The notes under the pieces: generated by a model | Told to the model about the DNA's origin: nothing | The model's input: only the letters and a program-made list of their open reading frames with translations | The model's database searches: none | Virus record (IMG/VR): IMGVR_UViG_2524614544_000001 | DNA: 20,000 nucleotides | From: an uncultured virus (IMG/VR IMGVR_UViG_2524614544_000001) | Taxonomy: Duplodnaviria > Heunggongvirae > Uroviricota > Caudoviricetes | Strand: one strand, 5' to 3' | Part shown: positions 1-7,320 of the stretch, piece after piece | How the letters are laid out: each line of letters starts with the position of its first letter | Position numbering within the stretch: the first letter of the stretch is position 1 | Made by a program: the position numbers and the translations under genes

Positions 1-339
1 GAGCTCACCGCGTCGTGGCCGCAGGCGGTGCAGCCGGACCAGGAGGCCACGGCGCGCGCCCTGTCGCTGCTGGATGGGGCGGGGGCCATCTCCACGTTCA
101 TGGCGGTGAAGCAGCTGCACCCGGAGTGGGACGACCTGGAGGTCAAGGCCGAGGTGCAGCGAATCCGCGAGGACAAGTCGGCGGTAGTCCCGGCCGGCGA
201 CCCGTTCAGCACTCGCGGCGGGGAGCCCGACGAGCCGAACGACGAAGAGGCGGCCACGGAGGACGGTCCGGAGGCTGGTGCGGACGAGGGCCAGGATGAG
301 GAGCCGGTGGGCGGGGGCTCGGATCGGCTGGCCGCTTAG
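1..339 (+). CDS. C-terminal part of a probable phage portal protein (5' end outside the window)
   Basis: Frame 1 is open from base 1 (ELTASWPQAVQPDQEATARALSLLDGAGAISTFMAVKQLHPEWDDLEVKAEVQRIRED) and ends in an acidic low-complexity tail, TAG at 337-339. The 'S..T.V..LHP.W...EV..EV.RI..E' plus acidic tail pattern resembles the C-terminus of actinophage SPP1-like portal proteins. Confidence 0.55.
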   Translation, partial: ELTASWPQAVQPDQEATARALSLLDGAGAISTFMAVKQLHPEWDDLEVKAEVQRIREDKSAVVPAGDPFSTRGGEPDEPNDEEAATEDGPEAGADEGQDEEPVGGGSDRLAA

Positions 340-510
340 CGGCGGCGGATGCCCTTCCGGGCGGGCAGGCGCCGGTAGCGGGTGATCTTCCCGCCCTTCG
401 TGGCGTGGGCTTTCTGGTGGGCGTAGCGGCGCAGCCTTGGGTTGGCGAAGAAGTAGCTATCTTCGCCACTGAGCCTTCGACTTGAACCCTGAGTGGCGTT
501 GCCTCGGCAT
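336..510 (-). pseudogene. Small basic phage-type protein gene split by an apparent 7-bp insertion
   Basis: GGAGGT SD and ATG at 510 give MPRQRHSGFKSKAQWRR-stop. YFFANPRLRRYAHQKAHATKGGKITRYRRLPARKGIRRR continues in another frame. Deleting 458-464 (tatcttc) restores one 55-aa ORF reading ...KAQWRYFFANP... Confidence 0.6.
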
Positions 511-519
511 AGTGGTGAG

Positions 520-999
520 TTACCTCCCTTCGAGATAGAGCTTCGCAGCGTCCCACCAGTCAGGACGCTCGACGTAGTGCAGCACCATGTTGCATACCCG
601 GCATAGAGCTCCACGCACCGCTCCTGATGCGTGATCGTGGTCGACGGCGTCAGCAGGCTTCTCCCGGCATATCCAGCACAGGCCTCCGTGTCGCTGCCTC
701 ATCTCCTCCCACTCCTTGTAAGAAAGGCCATAGCGACGCAGTCGCGCCTGCTCGGCCTTGCCGCCGCCCGTGCAGTCGCCACACCACTTCTGTCCCGTAC
801 TTGTCGGCATGTAGCCGGCTCCGCAATGTGTGCAGGTCTTTGGTTTGAGCCGCAGCATCTTTCCTGACGCAGACCAGGAGCAGACCTGGCTGCAGTACTT
901 TCGGGGCTGTGATGGCCACGCTTGAAACGAGGCGTCACACTCGACGTTGAGGCACGTCCGAGTCTCTAGCTTGCTCGGACGACTGGGCGTGTCGTTCAT
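520..999 (-). CDS. Recombination endonuclease VII-type HNH nuclease with N-terminal Cys-rich zinc-finger repeats (probable free-standing homing endonuclease)
   Basis: RRYGLSYKEWEEM..RHGGLCWIC...AVDHDHASGAVRGALCRVCN is the Endonuclease_7 signature. The N-terminus has CxxxxC, KYCSxxC, CxxC and KWCxxC motifs. Many A/T-ending codons compared with neighbours. Start placed at MNDTPS (999). Confidence 0.9.
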   Translation of the reverse strand: MNDTPSRPSKLETRTCLNVECDASFQAWPSQPRKYCSQVCSWSASGKMLRLKPKTCTHCGAGYMPTSTGQKWCGDCTGGGKAEQARLRRYGLSYKEWEEMRQRHGGLCWICREKPADAVDHDHASGAVRGALCRVCNMVLHYVERPDWWDAAKLYLEGR

Positions 1000-1225
1000 G
1001 TGTCTTCCAGGATGTATCTGGCGCGGCGGTGTGCCCCGTCGCGGTGGTGGCGGGTCGCTGGATAGGGCTGGCAACGCGAAGCGCGCCGGCATCGTCGTCA
1101 TGCAGTTCGGTAGGCCGCCGGCGGCATGCCCGGCCTCGTCTCGCGCCCAGCATCAGCCTGGGTCAGCTTGTACTCCCTCGCAGACACGGCACTTCCCCCT
1201 AGCGCCGGTCTTGGTGGCCGCCGGT

Positions 1226-1375
1226 CTAGTCGTCGTCGCCGACGTAGAGGTTGTCCCAGTACCGGTCGTCGGCGCGGGCGACTTCGGCGCTGGTCTCCTC
1301 CCAGGCCGGGAGAGTCTGGGACGGGGCGGGGCCGCCACCAAACGGCGGCGGACCCGACGACACAGGGGCGGTCAC
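1226..1375 (-). CDS. Small hypothetical protein (49 aa)
   Basis: GTGA overlap with the upstream stop, GAAGGAA SD; MTAPVSSGPPPF...DDRYWDNLYVGDDD. Confidence 0.55.
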   Translation of the reverse strand: MTAPVSSGPPPFGGGPAPSQTLPAWEETSAEVARADDRYWDNLYVGDDD

Positions 1376-1581
1376 TGCTGTTCCTTCGCGAGGCGTTCGC
1401 GCCGGGCTTTCTGCCGGTCGGCGCATCGGTGTTCGGGGAGCGTTTCCAGCGTCTTCGTGGCGACGAGGGTTCCGCAGTCGCTGCACGGGATGCGCCCGGT
1501 GCGGTACCAGTCGCGCTCCTCGTTCTCGATGAGGGCCTGTTCGTGGAGGCGGGCGAGAATGCGGTCGGCTACGACGGACAC
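1372..1581 (-). CDS. Hypothetical phage protein with CxxC...HxC motif (69 aa)
   Basis: AAGGAG SD and GTG just after the DUF4326 stop; MSVVADRILARLHEQ...IPCSDCG...PEHRC. Confidence 0.75.
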   Translation of the reverse strand: MSVVADRILARLHEQALIENEERDWYRTGRIPCSDCGTLVATKTLETLPEHRCADRQKARRERLAKEQQ

Positions 1582-1583
1582 GG

Positions 1584-1964
1584 TCAGGTCTCCTTCGGGT
1601 TGGCGAGTTCGAGCAGGGTGTCGACGTGGCAGGACAGGGGCTCGGCGCACCAGCACATGAGGTCCCGCCCTGCGAGGTCTCGGGCGATCCGGTCCATGAG
1701 GGTGGGGTGGGCGTGGACCCACGTCTCGTACAGCTCGACGGCGAGAGCGTGAGCGTCGGCCTGGCTGTTGGCGGGGATGTGCTCGTTGTAACCGAGCGGC
1801 TTGTGCTGGTTGGCGTGACCGGCCCACTGAACGGCCCAGCCGGTGCCGGTGGAGGTCCGGACAGCGGCCCACGGGTTCCCGAACGGGGTGCCACGCCCGA
1901 CGTAGGCGGCGCCCTCGGGGGCTCGCCATCCCTTGGTGCGGCGGCGCTGAATGCGGGTCGGCAC
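1584..1964 (-). CDS. DUF4326 domain protein
   Basis: RIQRRRTKGWR.PEGA.YVGRGTPFGNPW...LAGRDLMCWC....CHVDTLLELAN matches the DUF4326 pattern; GAGGAG SD. Confidence 0.9.
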   Translation of the reverse strand: MPTRIQRRRTKGWRAPEGAAYVGRGTPFGNPWAAVRTSTGTGWAVQWAGHANQHKPLGYNEHIPANSQADAHALAVELYETWVHAHPTLMDRIARDLAGRDLMCWCAEPLSCHVDTLLELANPKET

Positions 1965-1966
1965 GG

Positions 1967-2503
1967 TCAGGACTCCTCAGGCACCGTGATGGGGAAGGTC
2001 TCGGGGTGGTCGGCCTTCCACTTCAGCCAATGCGGCATCGGCTCCTCAACGACCGTGTGGCACAGGTCCATGACCTGCTCCAGCGACAGCGGGTCGGCGT
2101 TCTTGGAGTACTCGTGCTTGGTACCGCGCAGCTTCGGGCCGGAGGGAACGAACAGCGGACCGTACTCCCACGAGCAGCGCCGGTAACCCCAGTCGTCGGG
2201 GCCGTACTTGATGAAGATTGTGGTGTTGCAGCCGGAGTCGACGTCGAGCGGTCGTTCGGCGAGCTTGCGGTGGTAGCTCTCCCGGAACCAGTGGTGCTTG
2301 TACTCCTCGATGAAGCTCGCGATCATTGCCGCTTCGGCGTCAGTGGGGCGCTCGGTGCTGCCCCAGCTGTACTTGCTGGTGTCGACGTCGATGTAGGCGG
2401 CGATGTACTTCCACCCGGGGTTGAAGCTGGTGACGACGGGGATGCGGAGCGCGGTGAGCGGGTCGCCCTGCTTCGCGTCGGTGTCGAACGGCCACGCGGT
2501 CAC
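1967..2503 (-). CDS. Hypothetical phage protein (178 aa)
   Basis: AAGGAG SD, GTGA coupling at 2500-2503, strong GC3 codon bias, globular aromatic-rich composition. Confidence 0.8.
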   Translation of the reverse strand: MTAWPFDTDAKQGDPLTALRIPVVTSFNPGWKYIAAYIDVDTSKYSWGSTERPTDAEAAMIASFIEEYKHHWFRESYHRKLAERPLDVDSGCNTTIFIKYGPDDWGYRRCSWEYGPLFVPSGPKLRGTKHEYSKNADPLSLEQVMDLCHTVVEEPMPHWLKWKADHPETFPITVPEES

Positions 2504-2679
2504 GGCGTCTCCTTGCGGATTCGGGCTGCGCGTCGGACACGCATGCGGGTCTTGATCTGGTCCTGGGTGGGCGGGGTCCACTGGTGCCGGCCGGCCCCGG
2601 GTTTCCACCGCTGCATGTGCTCGCGGAGGTCGAGGCCGCAGTGGCGGCACCCGTTTGGGGACGGCGTGCTGATCGTCAC
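2500..2679 (-). CDS. Small CxxC/His protein, paralog A (59 aa)
   Basis: GAGGT SD, GTGA coupling; PSPNGCRHCG...H...PGAGRHQWTPPTQDQIKTRMRVRRAAR. Confidence 0.75.
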   Translation of the reverse strand: MTISTPSPNGCRHCGLDLREHMQRWKPGAGRHQWTPPTQDQIKTRMRVRRAARIRKETP

Positions 2680-2918
2680 GGAGTTACCTCTCCGCTGTTC
2701 GGCCCGTAGTCGATGTGCGGGATACCGGCAATGACCATGGCGCCGCAGTAGCCGCAGTGGTACTGGCCGATCGGGGCGTTGACCAGCTGCTGCGGTTCCC
2801 ACGGCCACGGGCACCGTTCGCCGTTCTCGTTCAGGGGCGCCGTGATGGTGAGGTCTTTCGACAGGTCGATCTCGATAGCGTCTGCGGGCTCGATGTCAGT
2901 CCAGGAACGGGAGGTCAT
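2676..2918 (-). CDS. Hypothetical protein with CxxC motif (80 aa)
   Basis: GAAGGA SD, ATGA coupling at 2915-2918; CPWPWEPQQL...YHCGYCG. Confidence 0.75.
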   Translation of the reverse strand: MTSRSWTDIEPADAIEIDLSKDLTITAPLNENGERCPWPWEPQQLVNAPIGQYHCGYCGAMVIAGIPHIDYGPNSGEVTP

Positions 2919-3100
2919 CGGGGGTCCTTCCGGGCTGCACGCCGCGCTTTCATGCGGGCGAGGCGTTGGGCGTTGGTGGGCTGCTCCCACTGGTGGCCGC
3001 CCTTTCCGGGCAGGTACTGCCAGCCGTGTGGGTTGTCGTAGCCGCACCACCGGCACCCGTCCGGGTTCGGGGCCGCCTGGTGGCGGATGACGGCGGTCAC
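2915..3100 (-). CDS. Small CxxC/His protein, paralog B (61 aa)
   Basis: GGAG SD, GTGA coupling; PNPDGCRWCG...H...PGKGGHQWEQPTNAQRLARMKARRAAR. Confidence 0.75.
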   Translation of the reverse strand: MTAVIRHQAAPNPDGCRWCGYDNPHGWQYLPGKGGHQWEQPTNAQRLARMKARRAARKDPR

Positions 3101-3627
3101 GGGCGCTTCTCCGCGTCGGCTGCGGAAGCGAGGCCGGTGTGCGGCAGCGGGCACGAGCACTCGCCGTCCTGGCGGAACTCCTCGCACGGGTCGACGTTGA
3201 GCCGCTCCGCTGCGACGCGGGCGTCGTGTCGTGCCCTGCCGGTGAGGCCGACCGGGAGACCAGTCGGACGGGCCCCGGTCGGGGCGTCAGCGCCCATCCC
3301 GAGCGCGTTGAGCAGCGGGCCTTTGATGTCGTCGACGAACACGAACTTCTTGCCGTCCTCGTTCGTCCACACCCGGGCCATCGCCGCTTCGTGCAGGCGC
3401 TGCTTCAGGGCGGCAGACTCGGCGGTCGCCCCGCCGAGGTCGCTTTCGAGTTCGGCGACCTGATCGGTGGCCTCGGACAGGGCCGCGCGCAGCCGGTCGA
3501 CCTCGGCCAGCAAGTCACCGAGAGCTTCACGCCGCGCCACTGCTGTGCGGTCGGTCAGACGGTGCAGCTCCTCATGCCAGATCCGGATCATGCGCTCGCG
3601 GTCCGGGGTCATCGGGGTGTCGGTCAT
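3097..3627 (-). CDS. Hypothetical phage coiled-coil protein (176 aa)
   Basis: GAGGAG SD; heptad-rich LLAEVDRLRAALSEATDQVAELESDL segment typical of small phage proteins. Confidence 0.75.
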   Translation of the reverse strand: MTDTPMTPDRERMIRIWHEELHRLTDRTAVARREALGDLLAEVDRLRAALSEATDQVAELESDLGGATAESAALKQRLHEAAMARVWTNEDGKKFVFVDDIKGPLLNALGMGADAPTGARPTGLPVGLTGRARHDARVAAERLNVDPCEEFRQDGECSCPLPHTGLASAADAEKRP

Positions 3628-3653
3628 GGTGCTCCTCGGGTGCGTTGGGTCAG

Positions 3654-3908
3654 TCAGGCGTTGCGGAGAATCTGGTACATGCGCTCGGCAGTGGGGCTCC
3701 GGTCGTTCAGCCAGCGCTCGCCGTGCTGGTCGCAGTACGTCGAGCCCTCCTCACTGCCGGGGGCGAGGAAGCAGTGGCCGTGCGCGTCGACTCGGGGGCA
3801 GCAGCCGCAAGAGCCTTCGCAGCAGTCGTCCTCGCCGTAGGGGTCGGTCGGGTCGGGCGGCTCACAGTCGGCACAGCGGTCACCGGTGCAGTACGGCTCG
3901 GCGGTCAC
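3654..3908 (-). CDS. Cys-rich acidic hypothetical protein (84 aa)
   Basis: GAGGAG SD before GTG; clustered cysteines (CTGDRCADC, CCEGSCGCC). Confidence 0.65.
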   Translation of the reverse strand: MTAEPYCTGDRCADCEPPDPTDPYGEDDCCEGSCGCCPRVDAHGHCFLAPGSEEGSTYCDQHGERWLNDRSPTAERMYQILRNA

Positions 3909-4006
3909 GGGGTCGGCTCCTCGGGTGTGGCGGGGTGGTGGGCCGCAGCCCCGGAAAGGGGGGGCGAGGCTGCGACCCGGTCTCGGGGGTTAGGCGCGAG
4001 AGGTGG

Positions 4007-4348
4007 TCAGAAGAACTCGCGGCGGTCGAACGCGTGCCCGCCAGAGGTGACATAGCGGTGCTCGTTGTCGCCGCGAAAGCGGGGACGGAGCGGGAAGCCG
4101 TCCTTGTCGGTGGTCTTCCGCATCGTCGCGATCATCTCGTCGACGGGGACCTCGCGGCCGTACTCGTTCTGGATGGTCACGTCGGTGTTCCGGAGGAAGT
4201 GCTCCCAGTCCGGGAGCGTGGTGATGCCCTGCGAGTTGTGGGCCCGGAAAAGAAACCGCCAGCCGGCGGCCGTCTGCCCAATGTGAAGCCCTTCGCCATC
4301 GGCATGGCCGCCGGGGAACGGGCCGAAGGCGTAGTAGTTGGTGGACAT
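4007..4348 (-). CDS. Conserved hypothetical phage protein (113 aa)
   Basis: AGGAG SD; MSTNYY...LHIGQTAAGWRFLF...IQNEYG...REF pattern recognisable from a widespread uncharacterised phage family. Confidence 0.8.
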   Translation of the reverse strand: MSTNYYAFGPFPGGHADGEGLHIGQTAAGWRFLFRAHNSQGITTLPDWEHFLRNTDVTIQNEYGREVPVDEMIATMRKTTDKDGFPLRPRFRGDNEHRYVTSGGHAFDRREFF

Positions 4349-4357
4349 GGGGTTCTC

Positions 4358-4504
4358 CTAGTCGTTGCGTGCGGTGCGCTTCCAGTTCTGGCGTTCGCTT
4401 CGCTTGGCCCGGCGCCGGGCGGTCTTCCGCTGCTGGCCGGGGGGCTGACCGCAGCAGGCGCAGTCGCGGCCACCGGGGCCGTCCGGGCAGGTGCGGCCGA
4501 TCAT
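4358..4504 (-). CDS. Possible small basic Cys-containing protein (48 aa; absent from the ORF track)
   Basis: Read by hand: MIGRTCPDGPGGRDCACCGQPPGQQRKTARRRAKRSERQNWKRTARND. It fills the gap between two co-oriented genes, but has no clear SD. Confidence 0.45.
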   Translation of the reverse strand: MIGRTCPDGPGGRDCACCGQPPGQQRKTARRRAKRSERQNWKRTARND

Positions 4505-4522
4505 GCGGGCGTTGGAGTTGGT

Positions 4523-4903
4523 CTACGCGACCTCCGCGAAGTCGGCCTGGCCCAGGTGCCGGGTGGCCTTGTAGCTGCTGAGCGCGGTGTACAGGGCGGG
4601 GTCGGTCGGCTGGTAGACGTGGACGTGGATCCACCGGCCGGTCGTCCGGTGCTGGGCCCAGACCTTGACGGCGTCGGCGCCGAGGTGCGCGGCCCGGTAC
4701 GCCTTTGCGCAGTGCCGGCCAAACCAGGCGCGTTGTCCGTCGGGGAGGTCGGCGCCGAGGCGGTCGAGGAGGTCACCGGTGCGGATGAGCGTGCCCTGCT
4801 CGACGGCGGCTGCGACCAGTCCGGAGCGGGTGCGGTAGGCGAGGGCCTTGGTGACGTGGCGGGCGGCGCGGTGGGTGGCGGCGATACGGCGGGCGATGTT
4901 CAC
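4523..4903 (-). CDS. Hypothetical basic protein, first gene of the leftward phage-type operon (126 aa)
   Basis: GAGGGG SD before GTG at 4903; GC3-rich frame. Confidence 0.7.
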   Translation of the reverse strand: MNIARRIAATHRAARHVTKALAYRTRSGLVAAAVEQGTLIRTGDLLDRLGADLPDGQRAWFGRHCAKAYRAAHLGADAVKVWAQHRTTGRWIHVHVYQPTDPALYTALSSYKATRHLGQADFAEVA

Positions 4904-4929
4904 GGGTCCCCCTCGAAGCAGGTTCACCA

Positions 4930-5022
4930 CAACCCACTAGCGATCATGAGTAGCGGTGGCGATGAACCAGACACTACGCCTGAGGCATGGCCACCGCAAG
5001 TGGGTTGCGATAGATTGATGCC
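4930..5022. promoter_or_regulatory. Divergent promoter region with inverted operator-like repeats
   Basis: caacccactagcg (4930-4942) and cgcaagtgggttg (4995-5007) are inverted copies matching at 12/13 positions. A TAGATT -10-like hexamer (5011-5016) ends 6 nt before ATG 5023, which has no SD (leaderless layout). Confidence 0.6.
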
Positions 5023-5313
5023 ATGAACCCGACCCCGCCCCCCGAGTCCCCCACCCTGGAGGACATCGCCGCAGCAGGCACCCGCCGGCTCCGCGACGCA
5101 GACCGCCTCAAGAAGTCCAGCGACGAACTCAAGGAACTCGTCCTGGCCGCGCTCCGAGCCGGGACCCATAAACCCACCGAGGTCGCCAAGAAGTCCGGGT
5201 GGACCGGCGCCCACGTTCGGAAGATGGCCCGGGAGGCAGGCATCGAGCCCGACGACCGATACAAGGAGCGCGCCGAGCGACTCCGTAAAGCTCAGGCCGA
5301 GGAGCCCAAATGA
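5023..5313 (+). CDS. Small helix-turn-helix DNA-binding protein (probable regulator of the divergent promoters)
   Basis: LVLAALRAGTHKPTEVAKKSGWTGAHVRKMAREAGI has an HTH pattern; position is divergent from the leftward operon. Confidence 0.75.
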   Translation: MNPTPPPESPTLEDIAAAGTRRLRDADRLKKSSDELKELVLAALRAGTHKPTEVAKKSGWTGAHVRKMAREAGIEPDDRYKERAERLRKAQAEEPK

Positions 5314-5618
5314 TCGACACCGCGAAGCTGTTGGAAGTCGCCCGCGGCGAACTAATCAGCCTCTGGAGCGACCTGGACGAGGCCCGCCGCGACGCCTACG
5401 AGAATCAGTGGTCGATGGGGTGCGACAGCCTGGTGGAGCGCATCAAGGCCCTGACGCCACTGGTCGGCCCGACGCCGTGGGCTCAGGTGCAGATCCCGCT
5501 ACTGGAGGACGGCGTGTACCAGCGGGTGCACCAGGAGCTGGGGATCGAGGTGGCGGTCGACATGGACGCGGTCGCCGAGCATCAGGCGTGGCTGGATCGG
5601 CAGGCGGTGACCACATGA
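5310..5618 (+). CDS. Hypothetical protein (102 aa)
   Basis: GAGGAG SD, ATGA coupling on both sides. Confidence 0.75.
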   Translation: MIDTAKLLEVARGELISLWSDLDEARRDAYENQWSMGCDSLVERIKALTPLVGPTPWAQVQIPLLEDGVYQRVHQELGIEVAVDMDAVAEHQAWLDRQAVTT

Positions 5619-6145
5619 CTGTTGACCTTGCCGCAGTCGACGCCCTCGCCTCCGCCGCGCACGCTGGCCAGGTCGACAAGATCGGCGTGCCGTACATCGA
5701 GCACGTCCGTGCAGTCGCTGCCAGCCTCGCCCCGTTCGGCGACGACCTGGTGATGGCCGGGCTGCTGCACGACATCATCGAGGACACCGACTGGACCGCC
5801 GAGGGGCTGCGCGAGGCTGGCGTCCCGGACTACGTGGTCGCGCTCGTGGAGGCGGTGACGAATCAGCGGGGCGTGCCCTACGAGGAGAAGGTCGCCCGCA
5901 TCACCGAGCGAGGGCGCGACGCGGTACTCCTGAAGATCGCGGACAACGCCCACAACAGCCGACCCGACCGGGCGGCCCGGCTGCCCGAGGGGAAGCGGGT
6001 ACGGCTAGCGGCGAAGTACCGGGCAGCCCGGGACATCCTGTGGCCCGCCGCCGAGATCCGCGACATCGAGACCATCGTCGAGATGGTCAACCCGGCGCTC
6101 CTCGACGAACTCCGCGAACGACAGAGCCAGGAGGACCCCTCATGA
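5615..6145 (+). CDS. Stand-alone HD-domain protein of the RelA/SpoT hydrolase (small alarmone hydrolase-like) family
   Basis: AHAGQVDKIGVPYIEH, GLLHDIIEDT, VEAVT and LKIADNAHN correspond in order to the (p)ppGpp hydrolase HD motifs. ATGA-coupled start at 5615. Confidence 0.88.
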   Translation: MTVDLAAVDALASAAHAGQVDKIGVPYIEHVRAVAASLAPFGDDLVMAGLLHDIIEDTDWTAEGLREAGVPDYVVALVEAVTNQRGVPYEEKVARITERGRDAVLLKIADNAHNSRPDRAARLPEGKRVRLAAKYRAARDILWPAAEIRDIETIVEMVNPALLDELRERQSQEDPS

Positions 6146-6468
6146 GCCGCTTCGGTGAATTGATCCCGCACCGGGAGGACGACGACAGCTGCCTGTGCGG
6201 CTGCCAGGACGAGGAGCGGAGTGCCCCGTTCGTGGCGCACTACTGGCGGCACCACGTCCGGCGGGAGGAGGAGTGCGGCTCGCTGGCCGAGGCAGTGCAG
6301 TTCCTCGCGAACGGCTGGTCCGATGGCGATCTGAGCCAGGAGGCCATCCACGCCCCGGACGGCAGTATCGCGCTGGCGGGTCAGGAGTTGCTGGATGCGA
6401 TCAGCGCGGAACTGGAGCGCCAGAACGAGATCACGCGAACAACGGACAACACCGGGAGCCCCGCATGA
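6142..6468 (+). CDS. Hypothetical protein (108 aa)
   Basis: AGGAGG SD, ATGA coupling; MSRFGELIPHREDDDSCLCGC... Confidence 0.75.
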   Translation: MSRFGELIPHREDDDSCLCGCQDEERSAPFVAHYWRHHVRREEECGSLAEAVQFLANGWSDGDLSQEAIHAPDGSIALAGQELLDAISAELERQNEITRTTDNTGSPA

Positions 6469-6881
6469 CCGCCGACCTGGTGCAGTTCCTCCGCGCCCGC
6501 CTCAACGAAGACGAGCGGGCCGCCCGTGCGGCTACTCCTGGACCATGGTGCGACTCCGGCGGTTACGTCACCGACATTGACCAGCACGGAAACTCGCGGG
6601 TGCAGGTGACCGAGTTCGGCACCCAGGATGAGGACGGACAGGGAAGCGGCCCGCAGGGGCAAGCGGACTCGGCCCACATCGCCCGACATGACCCGACCCG
6701 CGTACTCCGCGAGGTCGAGTCGGGGAGGCGAACCTTGCGAGCGCACGACAAGTGGTGCGAGGGAAGGTGCGAGGCGAAATACCCGGAGGGCGGGTTCGAT
6801 GCCGCGCACTACTGGAACCTGAAGGTGCGCGCCGAGGTCTACGCTGACCACCCCGACTACCGCCCGGAGTGGCGTCCCTGA
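6465..6881 (+). CDS. DUF6221 family protein (138 aa)
   Basis: DLVQFLRARLNEDERAARAATPGPW...HIARHDPTRVLREVE...YADHPDYRPEWRP is the characteristic DUF6221 pattern. Confidence 0.9.
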   Translation: MTADLVQFLRARLNEDERAARAATPGPWCDSGGYVTDIDQHGNSRVQVTEFGTQDEDGQGSGPQGQADSAHIARHDPTRVLREVESGRRTLRAHDKWCEGRCEAKYPEGGFDAAHYWNLKVRAEVYADHPDYRPEWRP

Positions 6882-6925
6882 CGATTCCCGCCCCTCCCCC
6901 ACCTCTGACCGGTCACAATGCCCCC

Positions 6926-7120
6926 ATGGGCGTGAGCTACATGGTCCGTGGCCGGACCGAGGCAGAGTGCCAGCAGGCGCTGGACGTGCTGTGCCGGCTG
7001 CTGGGCGCCGTTCCGACGACCCGGCCGCTCAACCCCGGCGGGTGAGGCTGGGTCGCACGGGCCGTACCTGAGACGACAGAAGCCCCGGACCTTGAGGCCC
7101 GGGGCTTCGTTACGAAGTGA
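6926..7120 (+). pseudogene. Small phage-type gene with one in-frame TGA (7043-7045)
   Basis: MGVSYMVRGRTEAECQQALDVLCRLLGAVPTTRPLNPGG-stop-GWVARAVPETTEAPDLEARGFVTK. A CACAAT hexamer ends 6 nt before the ATG (leaderless-like). Confidence 0.5.
7079..7108. terminator. Stem-loop, probable terminator of the + operon
   Basis: gaagccccgg (7079-7088) / ccggggcttc (7099-7108), perfect 10-bp inverted repeat. Confidence 0.65.
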
Positions 7121-7320
7121 GGCATAGACAACGCCTCAATCCGGGCAAAGTTGCGGCGGTTCACACCATTAGGTGGTCGGCCAGGATATGGCCTCTCAAA
7201 CCCCTGCGGGTGTCGTTGATTCAGGTGAAGCACATCCGTGCCTCACGGTTGCGTCACCCCTCGCTCGTCTCACTTCCCGGCGATCAGGGCGAGGGGTGAC
7301 GCCTCACAGAGGAGTCAGCA

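Noticed and set aside
460..1230. Group I intron around the HNH gene
   Set aside because: No recognisable P7/core elements, and no upstream exon that joins the downstream gene; the small gene has its own SD and ATG.
3467..5026. 519-aa + strand ORF
   Set aside because: Antisense shadow of several well-supported minus-strand genes; low-complexity translation typical of high-GC DNA.
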